Assembly (NCBI GenBank): GCA_009694415.1
Contig: SHUZ01000001.1
Coordinates: 1 to 52,426, forward strand
DNA length: 52,426 bases
Origin: Acidimicrobiia bacterium
Lineage (GTDB): Bacteria > Actinomycetota > Acidimicrobiia > IMCC26256 > JAENVU01
Direction: 5' to 3'
Shown here: positions 8,653 to 16,592 of the stretch, one piece after another
How the letters are laid out: the number at the start of each line of letters is the position of its first letter
Position numbering within the stretch: the first letter of the stretch is position 1
Position numbers and translations under genes: made by a program
Notes under the pieces: model-generated
Seen by the model: the letters and a program-made list of their open reading frames with translations, nothing else
What the model was told of the DNA's origin: nothing
Database searches by the model: none

Positions 8653-9593
8653 CCGTTGACGTGATCGAAATTTCTGAGCCGGTTGACGGTGCACCCGTTA
8701 ATCCTCAATTGCTTGGGGTGACGAATCTTGTTCGCCGGATCACCGATCTATGCCTTGGCGCACTGAGTGTCGCAGCGATAGCGAGTGTCGATGCGATCGA
8801 GCGCTTCGTTCCCGCTGAACCCGGTGAGGAGTCGCACTCATCACCGACCATCTTCAGCTATCTACCTGGTGCGCTGATTGGCTTCGGTGTTGCAACACAA
8901 AGGCAGTTGTTGCGCGCTACGTCCGCAGGCGAACGCGTAGCCGTTACGATGTCGAGTCTCGCTGCACGCGCGCCGCTGATTGGTGTTCCGCTGCGCGACG
9001 TAGAGGGGTATCTCGCACACTGGGCAGATCGTGGCGAGGCAGAGCAGATACGTAGCCGGGCGTTGCTTGCTGAATTTGTGCGACGCCTTGCCCCTGAGGT
9101 GGCGACAGCCGTAGTCGAGAAATTGGATCTGGCTGAATTGGTCGAGCAAATGCCGATGGATGCGATCGTGGCAAGCCTCGACATCGATGCGCTATTGGTA
9201 CATGTGGATGTAGATGCAATTGTCGCGCGCGTGGATATTCCGGCGTTGTTGGATCGCGTGGATGTAGATGCAATTGTCGCGCGCGTGGATATTCCGGCGT
9301 TGTTGGATCGCGTGGATATAGATGCGATTGTCGGGCGCGTCGATGTAAGCGCAATAGTCGACCGACTCGATCTTGGCCCGGTGGTTACCGGGGTTCTCGA
9401 TCAAGTTGATATCGGAGCAATCGTTCGAGAGTCGACCGGTTCGATTACGGGAGGCATCGTGAACGGTGGCCGCGTCACTGCGATGAAAGTCGATGTGTTC
9501 GTCGCTCGCGTATCGGACAAAGTTTTGTTTCGCAAGAAAGCTCGTGACTTGTCGCTATTTCAAGAGACCAGCGACGAGATAGCCACGCCATGA
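8649..9593 (+). CDS. Hypothetical protein with C-terminal array of 9-residue (V/I/L)D(V/I)xA(I/L)(V/L)xR repeats
   Basis: 314-aa ORF. It has ATGA overlaps with both neighbours. About 11 nonapeptide units span LDLAELVEQ..VDIGAIVRE. Confidence 0.65.
   Translation: MTVDVIEISEPVDGAPVNPQLLGVTNLVRRITDLCLGALSVAAIASVDAIERFVPAEPGEESHSSPTIFSYLPGALIGFGVATQRQLLRATSAGERVAVTMSSLAARAPLIGVPLRDVEGYLAHWADRGEAEQIRSRALLAEFVRRLAPEVATAVVEKLDLAELVEQMPMDAIVASLDIDALLVHVDVDAIVARVDIPALLDRVDVDAIVARVDIPALLDRVDIDAIVGRVDVSAIVDRLDLGPVVTGVLDQVDIGAIVRESTGSITGGIVNGGRVTAMKVDVFVARVSDKVLFRKKARDLSLFQETSDEIATP
9204..9311 (+). repeat. Perfect 54-bp tandem duplication (2 units) inside the nonapeptide-repeat CDS
   Basis: gtggatgtagatgcaattgtcgcgcgcgtggatattccggcgttgttggatcgc occurs at 9204-9257 and again, identical, at 9258-9311. 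Confidence 0.95.
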
Positions 9594-10072
9594 CCGAGCC
9601 GCTGCGTTCGACAATCCGAAACGATCAAGCACGCGCGCTTCAACGAAGCCGGGCCGGTTTTGTCAGCAGGGTGTTGGCCGATACAATCGATTGGGTGGTA
9701 GTCGTCGCTATTTTTTCGAGCCTCCACTTTGCGGTCGAACTCGCGCGATGGATTATCACAAGTGGAACTTTTTCCATTCAGCCGCCGAAGTTCGCAGTGT
9801 TATTGGGACTGGAATGGTTGATCCTCGTCATCTATCTGACGATTGGATGGGGCGGCAATGGGAGAACGATCGGCAAGAGCTTCGCCGGGTTGCGCGTCGT
9901 TCGCTCGGATGGTTCGGACCTCGGAGCTCGCCGCGGGTTTTTTCGTGCATTGGTTTGCGCCACTTTCTGGCCATGGGTTCTACTCTGGAGTCTTGTGAGC
10001 AGATCCAACTCCGGATTGCACGACATCTTGTTGCGCACGGCAGTTATCTATGACTGGTCCTCAGATAGCTGA
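9590..10072 (+). CDS. RDD family membrane protein
   Basis: 160-aa ORF. R..D..D spacing with TM helices, GRTIGKSFAGLRVVRSDG, and C-terminal GLHDILLRTAVI. Confidence 0.8.
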   Translation: MTEPLRSTIRNDQARALQRSRAGFVSRVLADTIDWVVVVAIFSSLHFAVELARWIITSGTFSIQPPKFAVLLGLEWLILVIYLTIGWGGNGRTIGKSFAGLRVVRSDGSDLGARRGFFRALVCATFWPWVLLWSLVSRSNSGLHDILLRTAVIYDWSSDS

Positions 10073-10126
10073 GTATCTGCAGGCCTATATAGGTACGCGA
10101 TTTCCCGAGAGAGCGGCGTTATCATT

Positions 10127-10705
10127 ATGAACATGCAACCTTCCGTTCAGACAACCGTTGTTCAGACCGCGCGCTACTGGTGGATCGTGCTTGTAGTGGG
10201 CATCGTTTCGCTGGCGTTTGGCCTCGTGATGCTCTTCGACGTAGCGAGAGGAGAGAAGATCCTTGCTTGGATCGTCGGCTTGTTTCTGATTTTTGAGGGC
10301 CTGGTCGAGGCCTTCGCGGGAGGACGGACTGGCCGTTCGCGCGTTCTTGCAGTTGTAATCGGCATCGTGCTAATCGCAGGCGGAGTGGTTGTTATCTCGT
10401 GGCCCGGTGCAACTCCGCTCGTGATCGCGATCGTCATCGGAATAGCGATGCTGCTGGGCGGCATCGGCCGCATAATCGCATCGGTTTGGCTCCGTGATTC
10501 CGGGTGGGCGTGGCGCCTTGTGGGCGGAGTGATCGAAACCGCTATCGCGATCGCGATCCTCAACTGGCCAGACGCGACCGCGTACGTCATTCTCATACTG
10601 ATCGGCATTGACGCGATCATCTCCGGAATAGTGCAGATTGTGCTGTCATTCGAGATAAAGAATGGCCCGGACGCTATTGCCGTTATCGAGGTCTCCGCTC
10701 CCTAA
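10127..10705 (+). CDS. HdeD/DUF308 family membrane protein
   Basis: 192-aa ORF with six hydrophobic helices. N-terminus ARYWWIVLVVGIVSLAFGLVMLF is typical of DUF308. Confidence 0.75.
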   Translation: MNMQPSVQTTVVQTARYWWIVLVVGIVSLAFGLVMLFDVARGEKILAWIVGLFLIFEGLVEAFAGGRTGRSRVLAVVIGIVLIAGGVVVISWPGATPLVIAIVIGIAMLLGGIGRIIASVWLRDSGWAWRLVGGVIETAIAIAILNWPDATAYVILILIGIDAIISGIVQIVLSFEIKNGPDAIAVIEVSAP

Positions 10706-10758
10706 CCGGTTATCGGGCGATTACCTGATTCACGGGCTATCTGGCTAGCATCAAGCGC

Positions 10759-11772
10759 GTGACGGATGTTGGTGCGCGACGTATGAGCCTGCCGAAGCGT
10801 TGGCTCTACGTGCTTGCGACGACGAATCCTCCCGAGGGTGACCTAGACCCGATTACAAAGTGGCTCTGGATCACGCGCGCTGGCGTGCTGCCGATGACGC
10901 TTGTCTCGGCTGGCCTTGCGGGTCTCCTTGCTGTGTTCATGGACGCAAGCGTCAATTGGCTGTATTTCGCCGTTGCCGCTTTCGGTCTCGTGCTTTCGCA
11001 TATGGCTAACAACATCATGAACGACATCTTCGATCTTGAAGTTGGAACCGACACTGCCGACTACCCCCGCAACCTTTATTCGCCGCATCCAGTGATTTCG
11101 GGAGCGCTCACGCGTAATCGCCTAGCGATGTACGGACTCGTAGTAAATGTTGCGTGCCTTGCAATCATGATTTATCTAACAGCCGAACGCGGTTGGCCCA
11201 TCGTTGCCTTCGCTTTAGGCGGGTTCTTCTTGTCGACCGCGTACACGGCACCGCCGCTTCGATTGAAGAAGCATGGTCTGGGAGAGCCCACCGTGATCGT
11301 CGTTTGGGGACCGCTGATGGTCGGTGGCGTCTACTTCGCTGCCACAGGTTCGATTACTTGGGCAGTTATAGCGGCATCGCTTCCTTACGCGATCCTTTGC
11401 ACGACAGTGCTTATGGGTAAGCACATCGATAAGGCTCCTTGGGATGGCCCTGCAGGAACGCGCACGCTTCCGGTCATTCTTGGAGACAATGTGGCGCGCC
11501 AAGTGACACGCGGCATGTTCATCGCTTTCTACGCGCTTATTGCAATTCTTGTCGTTGTCCAGATTCTTCCCGTGTTCACACTTCTCGTCGCATTCTCGTA
11601 TCCGATATTCATTCGGGTTTGGAAGACCTACGGCGAACCCAAGCCGGCTGAATCGCCAATGCCAAATCCGGTGTGGCCACTTTGGTTCGCGCCCCACTCG
11701 TTCCTATTGACTCGACGCGCGGGCGGGCTTCTTATTCTTGGCATGGTCGCCGGCGTCATTCTGGGTTGGTAG
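10759..11772 (+). CDS. UbiA-family aromatic prenyltransferase (MenA-like)
   Basis: 337-aa ORF, polytopic. It carries the Asp-rich motif NNIMNDIFDLEVGTD. Confidence 0.8.
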   Translation: MTDVGARRMSLPKRWLYVLATTNPPEGDLDPITKWLWITRAGVLPMTLVSAGLAGLLAVFMDASVNWLYFAVAAFGLVLSHMANNIMNDIFDLEVGTDTADYPRNLYSPHPVISGALTRNRLAMYGLVVNVACLAIMIYLTAERGWPIVAFALGGFFLSTAYTAPPLRLKKHGLGEPTVIVVWGPLMVGGVYFAATGSITWAVIAASLPYAILCTTVLMGKHIDKAPWDGPAGTRTLPVILGDNVARQVTRGMFIAFYALIAILVVVQILPVFTLLVAFSYPIFIRVWKTYGEPKPAESPMPNPVWPLWFAPHSFLLTRRAGGLLILGMVAGVILGW

Positions 11773-11826
11773 ACCCACCGTTTTTTTGTGCCATAGCCGC
11801 GCAGATTCGTCGCGCTTTTTGGAGGG

Positions 11827-12195
11827 ATGATGCCCGAGAGCACCATGTTCGAAAGCACGATGCAGAACTTCCCGCTCACTATCGGGATGATGTTCAGACA
11901 CGGTCGCTCTGTTTACCCAACCAGCGAAGTTGTCACATATGAAGGCGACCACGTCCGTCGTGCGACCTACTCGGAGGTAGCGGACAGGTCCGATCGCCTT
12001 GCTGCGGCGCTTACGCCGCTTGGAGTGTCCGGCGAAACTGCGTCGGAATTCGAATCGGTGCACATCTTCATCGTCACAGGTTCCGGTGATCCTGGAGAAT
12101 TACGCGCAGCGACGAATGCGCGAATCGGGCCGAGCTCTACGGCCGTCGACGGTCTCCTGAGGCGCGCGAGGCACCAGGTCTCCTCGCCCGGGTGA
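11827..12195 (+). pseudogene. 5' stump of a medium/long-chain fatty-acid-CoA ligase gene (first ~68 codons native, then non-ligase read-through to TGA)
   Basis: GGAGGG RBS followed by ATG. MMPESTMFESTMQNFPLTIGMMFRHGRSVYPTSEVVTYEGDHVRRATYSEVADRSDRLAAALTPLGVSGE matches the N-terminus of ~540-aa FACS enzymes. No AMP-binding core follows. Confidence 0.8.
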
Positions 12196-12920
12196 GCAGC
12201 ACTTCCGGATCCGAAGCGGCCGACCCGCCCGACCTGCTCGGCCTCGCCGTGCGTGAGAACGCCACCTGGTGCGACGTCGTGTGCCAGCTGCACCGGATCG
12301 CGCCCCAGGCTGACGCGGATCTGTGGTGGTCGACCCGACGAACCCCGAACCTCTACCCGGACGCCATCACCCTCACACCGGCGGTCTCCGAGTTCGACCT
12401 GCTCGGCCGCATCGACGACGCGACGGGCGCGTCCGTCAAGGACTCGTTCGCACTGCTCGATCTCGCACCCCACGGCTACGAGCCGTTGTTCGACGCGACC
12501 TGGATCGCCCGCCCCCCGGCGACCGCACCGAGAGAGGTCCACGCGGGTTTCGACACCGTTGGCGACAAGTTCAGCTTCTTCGCGTGGCAGCACGCCTGGG
12601 GCGGACCACCGGACCTGCTCCTCCCCTCGCTGCTCAAAGTGGCGGGGGTGACCGTCGTCGGCGCGCGCTCGGCCGACAGATTCACCGACGGCGCGATCCT
12701 GCACCACACGCGGATCGGCGGCGTCGAGGTGCTCGGGATCTCGAACGCGTTCGGCGACCTCGCCGCGCTCGCCGACGTCGCCGCCGCCCGGTTCCCGACC
12801 GCGTGGCTCGTCGGGTACGAACACGCCGACGGCTTGGCCGCGACCCTGGCCCACGGATTCCGCGCGATCGGTCCCCTGCGCGTCTGGGGGCGCGACCTCC
12901 GGCCGTCCAGCGCTGCCTGA
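12192..12920 (+). CDS. Orphan 242-aa hypothetical protein on compositionally foreign DNA (possibly GNAT-like C-terminus)
   Basis: 35 of the first 40 codons end in G/C, against 28/40 in the ligase stump. G+C at 12241-12360 is 84/120. GTG start overlaps the stump stop (GTGA). The C-terminus LVGYEHADGLAATLAHGFRAIGPLRVW resembles GNAT ends. The other frames and strand give Arg/Ser-rich shadow ORFs. Confidence 0.7.
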   Translation: MSSTSGSEAADPPDLLGLAVRENATWCDVVCQLHRIAPQADADLWWSTRRTPNLYPDAITLTPAVSEFDLLGRIDDATGASVKDSFALLDLAPHGYEPLFDATWIARPPATAPREVHAGFDTVGDKFSFFAWQHAWGGPPDLLLPSLLKVAGVTVVGARSADRFTDGAILHHTRIGGVEVLGISNAFGDLAALADVAAARFPTAWLVGYEHADGLAATLAHGFRAIGPLRVWGRDLRPSSAA

Positions 12921-12951
12921 GACGGCTCGGCTCACGCGAGCACGTGCCTAG

Positions 12952-13140
12952 GCCCGGTTTCGGGAGCAGTCATCCGACCCGTTGCGCATCCTCGGCAGCA
13001 AGATCGCGAAGTGGCAACTTCCAAAACGATGGGCATTCATCGACGAGATACCCAAGACGAGCGTAGGAAAGTTCGACAAGAAAGTTCTTCGCGCGCGTTT
13101 TGGCGGCGGCGAACTCGATGTCGAGACCTTGTCTAGTTAG
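12952..13140 (+). pseudogene. 3' fragment of the same fatty-acid-CoA ligase gene (last ~55 codons, no start)
   Basis: My translation is ..[66 protein letters not shown] is the ANL-superfamily C-terminal (A10) motif. An in-frame TAG lies at 12949. Confidence 0.8.
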
Positions 13141-14365
13141 CCCGGAAGCCTTCGTACTTCCGCAATTCGCGACGCGCGATCTGGCGCATGTGCACCTCGT
13201 CCGGGCCATCCACCAGATGCAGCGTGCGTGCATGTGCGTACATGTCTGCGAGCGGCCAGTCTTGGCTTACCCCAGCTCCGCCGAATACTTGGATCGCCCG
13301 GTCGATGACCGTCGTAGCCGTCCGAGCGGCCACGACCTTGATGGCGCCAATCTCGAAACGCGCGCCCTTGTTACCAACCGTATCCATGAGCCACGCGGCC
13401 TTCATCGTGAGCAACCTTGCTTGCTCGATCATGATGCGGCTCTCGGCGATTGAAGCGCCGATCACACCCTGGTCTGCGAGGGGAGAACCGAATGCGACTC
13501 GCATCTGGACACGCGCACAAGTGAGTTCCAAGGCCCGTTCGGCAAGACCGATCGCGCGCATGCAGTGGTGAATGCGGCCGGGGCCTAAACGCGCCTGTGC
13601 CATCGCGAACCCGTTACCTTCGCCTCCCAAAATATTGCCAGCAGGAAGGCGTACGTTTTGGAACAACGTTTCGGCATGGCCGCCGCCGCTGCTGTGGCCG
13701 AAGACGGTGAGTGCCCGTTCTATGGAGACGCCTGGAGCATCCATAGGAACGAGGATCATCGAATGGCGGTGGTATGGATCAGCATCAGGGTCTGAGACGC
13801 CCATGAGGATGGCGACCTTGCAACGCTTCGACATGGCGCCGCTCGTGAACCACTTGTGCGCATTAACTACGTAGTCATCGCCATCACGGGTTATCCGACT
13901 CTGGATATTGGTCGCGTCGGAGCTTGCAACCCACGGTTCGGTCATTGCGAAACAAGATCGGATCTCGCCTTCGATTAGCGGGACGAGCCATGCGTCTTGC
14001 TGTTCGGGGGTACCAAACTCCGCAAGAATTTCCATGTTCCCTGTGTCGGGCGCGGCGCAGTTGGTCGCTTCGGACGTGAGCAAACTACGTCCCATGATTT
14101 CGCACAAAGGCGCATAATCGAGATTGGTCAGACCCGCGCCCCACCGCTCATTGGGCAGAAATAGATTCCAGAGCCCACGGGCGCGCGCCTCGTCCTTGAG
14201 ATCCTCCATGATCGGCGCGTACGAATGCGGATCACCGGACGCTTCGATCTGCGCGAAGTAAGTAGGTGTCGCGGGTTCGATTGTCTCTGTAACGAACGCG
14301 AGCAATCGTTCGCGTAGTTCTTCTGCGCGTTGGCTCAGGGCGAAATCCATGTCATCCTCCGACAT
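13133..14365 (-). CDS. Acyl-CoA dehydrogenase (ACAD10/11 / FadE2-like)
   Basis: 410-aa ORF with ACAD N, middle and C domains, e.g. [16 protein letters not shown] and [15 protein letters not shown]. Confidence 0.9.
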   Translation of the reverse strand: MSEDDMDFALSQRAEELRERLLAFVTETIEPATPTYFAQIEASGDPHSYAPIMEDLKDEARARGLWNLFLPNERWGAGLTNLDYAPLCEIMGRSLLTSEATNCAAPDTGNMEILAEFGTPEQQDAWLVPLIEGEIRSCFAMTEPWVASSDATNIQSRITRDGDDYVVNAHKWFTSGAMSKRCKVAILMGVSDPDADPYHRHSMILVPMDAPGVSIERALTVFGHSSGGGHAETLFQNVRLPAGNILGGEGNGFAMAQARLGPGRIHHCMRAIGLAERALELTCARVQMRVAFGSPLADQGVIGASIAESRIMIEQARLLTMKAAWLMDTVGNKGARFEIGAIKVVAARTATTVIDRAIQVFGGAGVSQDWPLADMYAHARTLHLVDGPDEVHMRQIARRELRKYEGFRAN

Positions 14366-14426
14366 TCATTCCCGTCAGATGCGGGAGCAAAGCACCCTAC
14401 TGTCGAACCTCGTGTGCGTTTCGTGC

Positions 14427-14954
14427 TCAGGGGGTGATGATGCTGCCATCCGCTAAGAAAAACGTCGCACCCTTGGCCTCTTGCACCGGTGGCGCTTTGG
14501 CGACGCGCAGCATTTCCGCTTCCGCTCGGTCGGCTGCATCGAACACATGCGTCGTCAAGCACCACTCAACCATGATGCCGTTCGGATCTGTCGTGTAGAT
14601 ACTCACGCTCCATTCGTGATCTACCTCTGCGACATCTAGACCGAACGAAATCCACCGACTCTTTGCATGATCGAGGTGGCCTTGGTCCGCTGCAACGAAG
14701 GCGAGATGGTTTGTCCAGATGGGGAGTCCGAGACCCGTAGAAATGGCCGGGTCAAACTCATTAAGTTTTGCTTTATCCAAATCCCAGAAAGCGATCATGC
14801 CGTCGCCCGTGTCGTAGAAAAGATGTCGGGCCCAGCCGCCCGTTGCGGTGTTGGCGACTTCCACCTTGGCGAGTTCGAACCCCATTGCCTCAGTGTAGAA
14901 ACGGTGCGTGGAATCTGCATCGCGCGTAGCGATGGCGACATGGTGCATTGCCAT
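14427..14954 (-). CDS. VOC (glyoxalase/bleomycin-resistance/dioxygenase) family protein
   Basis: 175-aa ORF beginning MHHVAIATRDADSTHRFYTEAMGFE, a typical VOC beta-alpha-beta start. Confidence 0.8.
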   Translation of the reverse strand: MAMHHVAIATRDADSTHRFYTEAMGFELAKVEVANTATGGWARHLFYDTGDGMIAFWDLDKAKLNEFDPAISTGLGLPIWTNHLAFVAADQGHLDHAKSRWISFGLDVAEVDHEWSVSIYTTDPNGIMVEWCLTTHVFDAADRAEAEMLRVAKAPPVQEAKGATFFLADGSIITP

Positions 14955-15019
14955 CCCGTCAGGGTACCGGAGAATCGAAGCGCCGCCTATGGTGATGTGA
15001 TGCAGAACATCGTGAAATC

Positions 15020-15649
15020 GTGAACACTGCGTCCTGGGCTCTCCTCGCGCTCGCCGCGTTAGTTGCTATCGGTAACTGGATCGGAGTCGCGACGGGCAGG
15101 CAACGCCTCATCTATTGCTGTAAGCCAGCAACCCTGATCCTGTTGATCGCCGTCGCTTGCACGCTTGATCCAGTTCACTCTGACGTACGTACATGGTTCG
15201 TAGTTGCGTTGGTGCTGTCTCTGGTCGGAGATGTGCTCCTCATGTTGCCGCGAGATTTTTTCGTGGCGGGACTCGGTGCTTTTCTTCTCGGCCATCTCGC
15301 GTACATTGTCGGCCTGAATCTTCATTCCGACGGTCGTTGGATCTTCGCCATTCCGATTTTGTTGGTTGTTGCTCTCTCGGCCGTTCGTCTCATTGGCGGT
15401 ATCCGCCGAAATGGACACGACAAATTACTGGTGCCCGTATTTGCGTATGTGGTTGTGATCGCGGTGATGGTCGCTAGCGCCGCGGCGAGCGGCAACTCCG
15501 TTGCGCTGGCAGGCGCGATTTTGTTCATGGCGTCGGACGGTTTGATTGGCGAAATTCGTTTCGTTCAACCCCACAGGTGGGGACCGGTAGCTATCATTTC
15601 GAGCTATCACGTTGGCCAAGTGCTGCTTGTCATCTCGCTTACAACCTGA
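15020..15649 (+). CDS. Lysoplasmalogenase (YhhN family) membrane protein
   Basis: 209-aa polytopic ORF with the KPATLILL motif and a C-terminal SDGLIG-type motif. Confidence 0.7.
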   Translation: MNTASWALLALAALVAIGNWIGVATGRQRLIYCCKPATLILLIAVACTLDPVHSDVRTWFVVALVLSLVGDVLLMLPRDFFVAGLGAFLLGHLAYIVGLNLHSDGRWIFAIPILLVVALSAVRLIGGIRRNGHDKLLVPVFAYVVVIAVMVASAAASGNSVALAGAILFMASDGLIGEIRFVQPHRWGPVAIISSYHVGQVLLVISLTT

Positions 15650-15682
15650 CGTGGCGCTACGTCATGGGCGTACGCTGACCGC

Positions 15683-15937
15683 ATGCGCCGATCGATTGAT
15701 GATGCCCAAGATGATCACCCTGCGGATGAAGAGTTTCCACCTGTGTCCTGGATGGTTGGGCTGTCGGATGATCCAAACGCCTCCGAAGATGGAGAACCAC
15801 GGCTAAGCATCACTCTCGAAGAACGCGGTGCTGCGGGAAGAGGACTGGTCGCGTACCTCGCCCCAGACACCGCGCGACGTATGCGCGCGGCGATGTCTGC
15901 AGCTCTCCGGGAGATCGGCGAAGATCCGGGAATCTAA
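15683..15937 (+). CDS. Small acidic hypothetical protein
   Basis: 84-aa ORF with reasonable codon bias. Its stop overlaps the ribB stop convergently (CTAA). No family was recognised. Confidence 0.4.
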   Translation: MRRSIDDAQDDHPADEEFPPVSWMVGLSDDPNASEDGEPRLSITLEERGAAGRGLVAYLAPDTARRMRAAMSAALREIGEDPGI

Positions 15938-16578
15938 AGCAGGAGCCGCGCGCGGCGCGTGCCGCTCGCTTCGTTGGTCTGACGGTGCTCGGCGATCTGA
16001 GCAACGGTGATCATCGCAATACGATGCTCCTGCGCGAACAACTCGAGATATGGCATCCGTGCTGGCGATCCATCGTCGTGCAGTACCTCGCAGATGACAG
16101 CGACCGGGGTAGTTCCTGCGAGTCGCGCAAGGTCAACAGCGGCCTCAGTGTGCCCGCGACGGTCGAGCACTCCATCGGGCTTAGCCCGCAACGGGAACAC
16201 ATGACCCGGTTTGATGAATTCGTCGACGCTCGCGTTGGGGTCAATGAATCGCTTGATGGTGAGCGCGCGGTCAGCCGCTCCGATACCGGAACCAGCATCG
16301 CGGTGGTCGATGGAGATACTGAATGCTGTGTCGCATCCGGCCTGTCCTGGGGGAACCATGGAGGGAATCTCGAGGCGATCTAGAAATGATGGGTCTGTGG
16401 GCATGCAGACGAGTCCGCGGGCCCAACGCAACATGAAGTTGATCGCTTCCGGAGTGACCCACTCTGCGGCCATCGTGAGGTCGCCTTCGTTCTCTCGGTC
16501 TTCGTCGTCTGCGACGAGAACCATTTCACCCCGGCGAATGCGCTTCAACGCTTCGTCGACTGTTGTGAGTTGCTGCAT
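15934..16578 (-). CDS. ribB: 3,4-dihydroxy-2-butanone-4-phosphate synthase (stand-alone RibB)
   Basis: The ORF track extends to 16632, but the HK stop is at 16593, so ATG 16578 (MQQLTTVDEALKRIRRGEMVLVADDEDRENEGDL) is the likely start. The DHBP synthase signature is clear. Confidence 0.85.
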   Translation of the reverse strand: MQQLTTVDEALKRIRRGEMVLVADDEDRENEGDLTMAAEWVTPEAINFMLRWARGLVCMPTDPSFLDRLEIPSMVPPGQAGCDTAFSISIDHRDAGSGIGAADRALTIKRFIDPNASVDEFIKPGHVFPLRAKPDGVLDRRGHTEAAVDLARLAGTTPVAVICEVLHDDGSPARMPYLELFAQEHRIAMITVAQIAEHRQTNEASGTRRARLLL

Positions 16579-16592
16579 CGTTACTCCAGTTT

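Noticed and set aside
9204-9311. The tandem 54-bp repeats, and the 30-bp repeats at 20221-20310, as a possible CRISPR array or VNTR locus.
   Set aside because: The repeats are directly adjacent without spacers and lie in frame inside long ORFs, where they encode peptide repeats. No cas genes are present.
12041-12060. GGAATTCGAATCGG resembling a tRNA T-arm (GGTTCGAATCC).
   Set aside because: No complementary stem, acceptor stem or anticodon arm can be drawn around it. I found no tRNA anywhere in the window.
12046-12212. A cluster of common cloning sites (EcoRI 12046, SacI 12132, SalI 12145, SmaI 12187, BamHI 12207) at the left junction of the foreign block. This raises the idea of a polylinker or engineering scar.
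   Set aside because: The sites are dispersed over ~170 bp, not contiguous, and not in any vector-polylinker order I know. GC-rich 6-bp palindromes are frequent in such DNA, and no vector-like sequence is recognisable. I keep this only as a reason to verify the assembly.
11967-12935. A 322-aa minus-strand ORF, plus the 132-aa and 247-aa plus-strand ORFs (12253..12651, 12323..13066), covering the high-GC block.
   Set aside because: They have Arg/Gly/Pro/Ser-rich, low-complexity composition and lack the G/C-ending-codon bias of the 12192 frame. They are typical shadow ORFs of high-GC coding DNA. The 322-aa ORF also reads antisense through the native ligase 5' fragment.
12036-12960. The interrupting segment as a group II intron, an intein or an integron cassette.
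   Set aside because: It contains in-frame stops, so it is not an intein. It has no GUGYG..AY boundaries or domain V-like hairpin, and it shows clear codon periodicity, so it is not an ORF-less group II intron. No attC-like imperfect palindrome with a GTTRRRY core follows the ORF.
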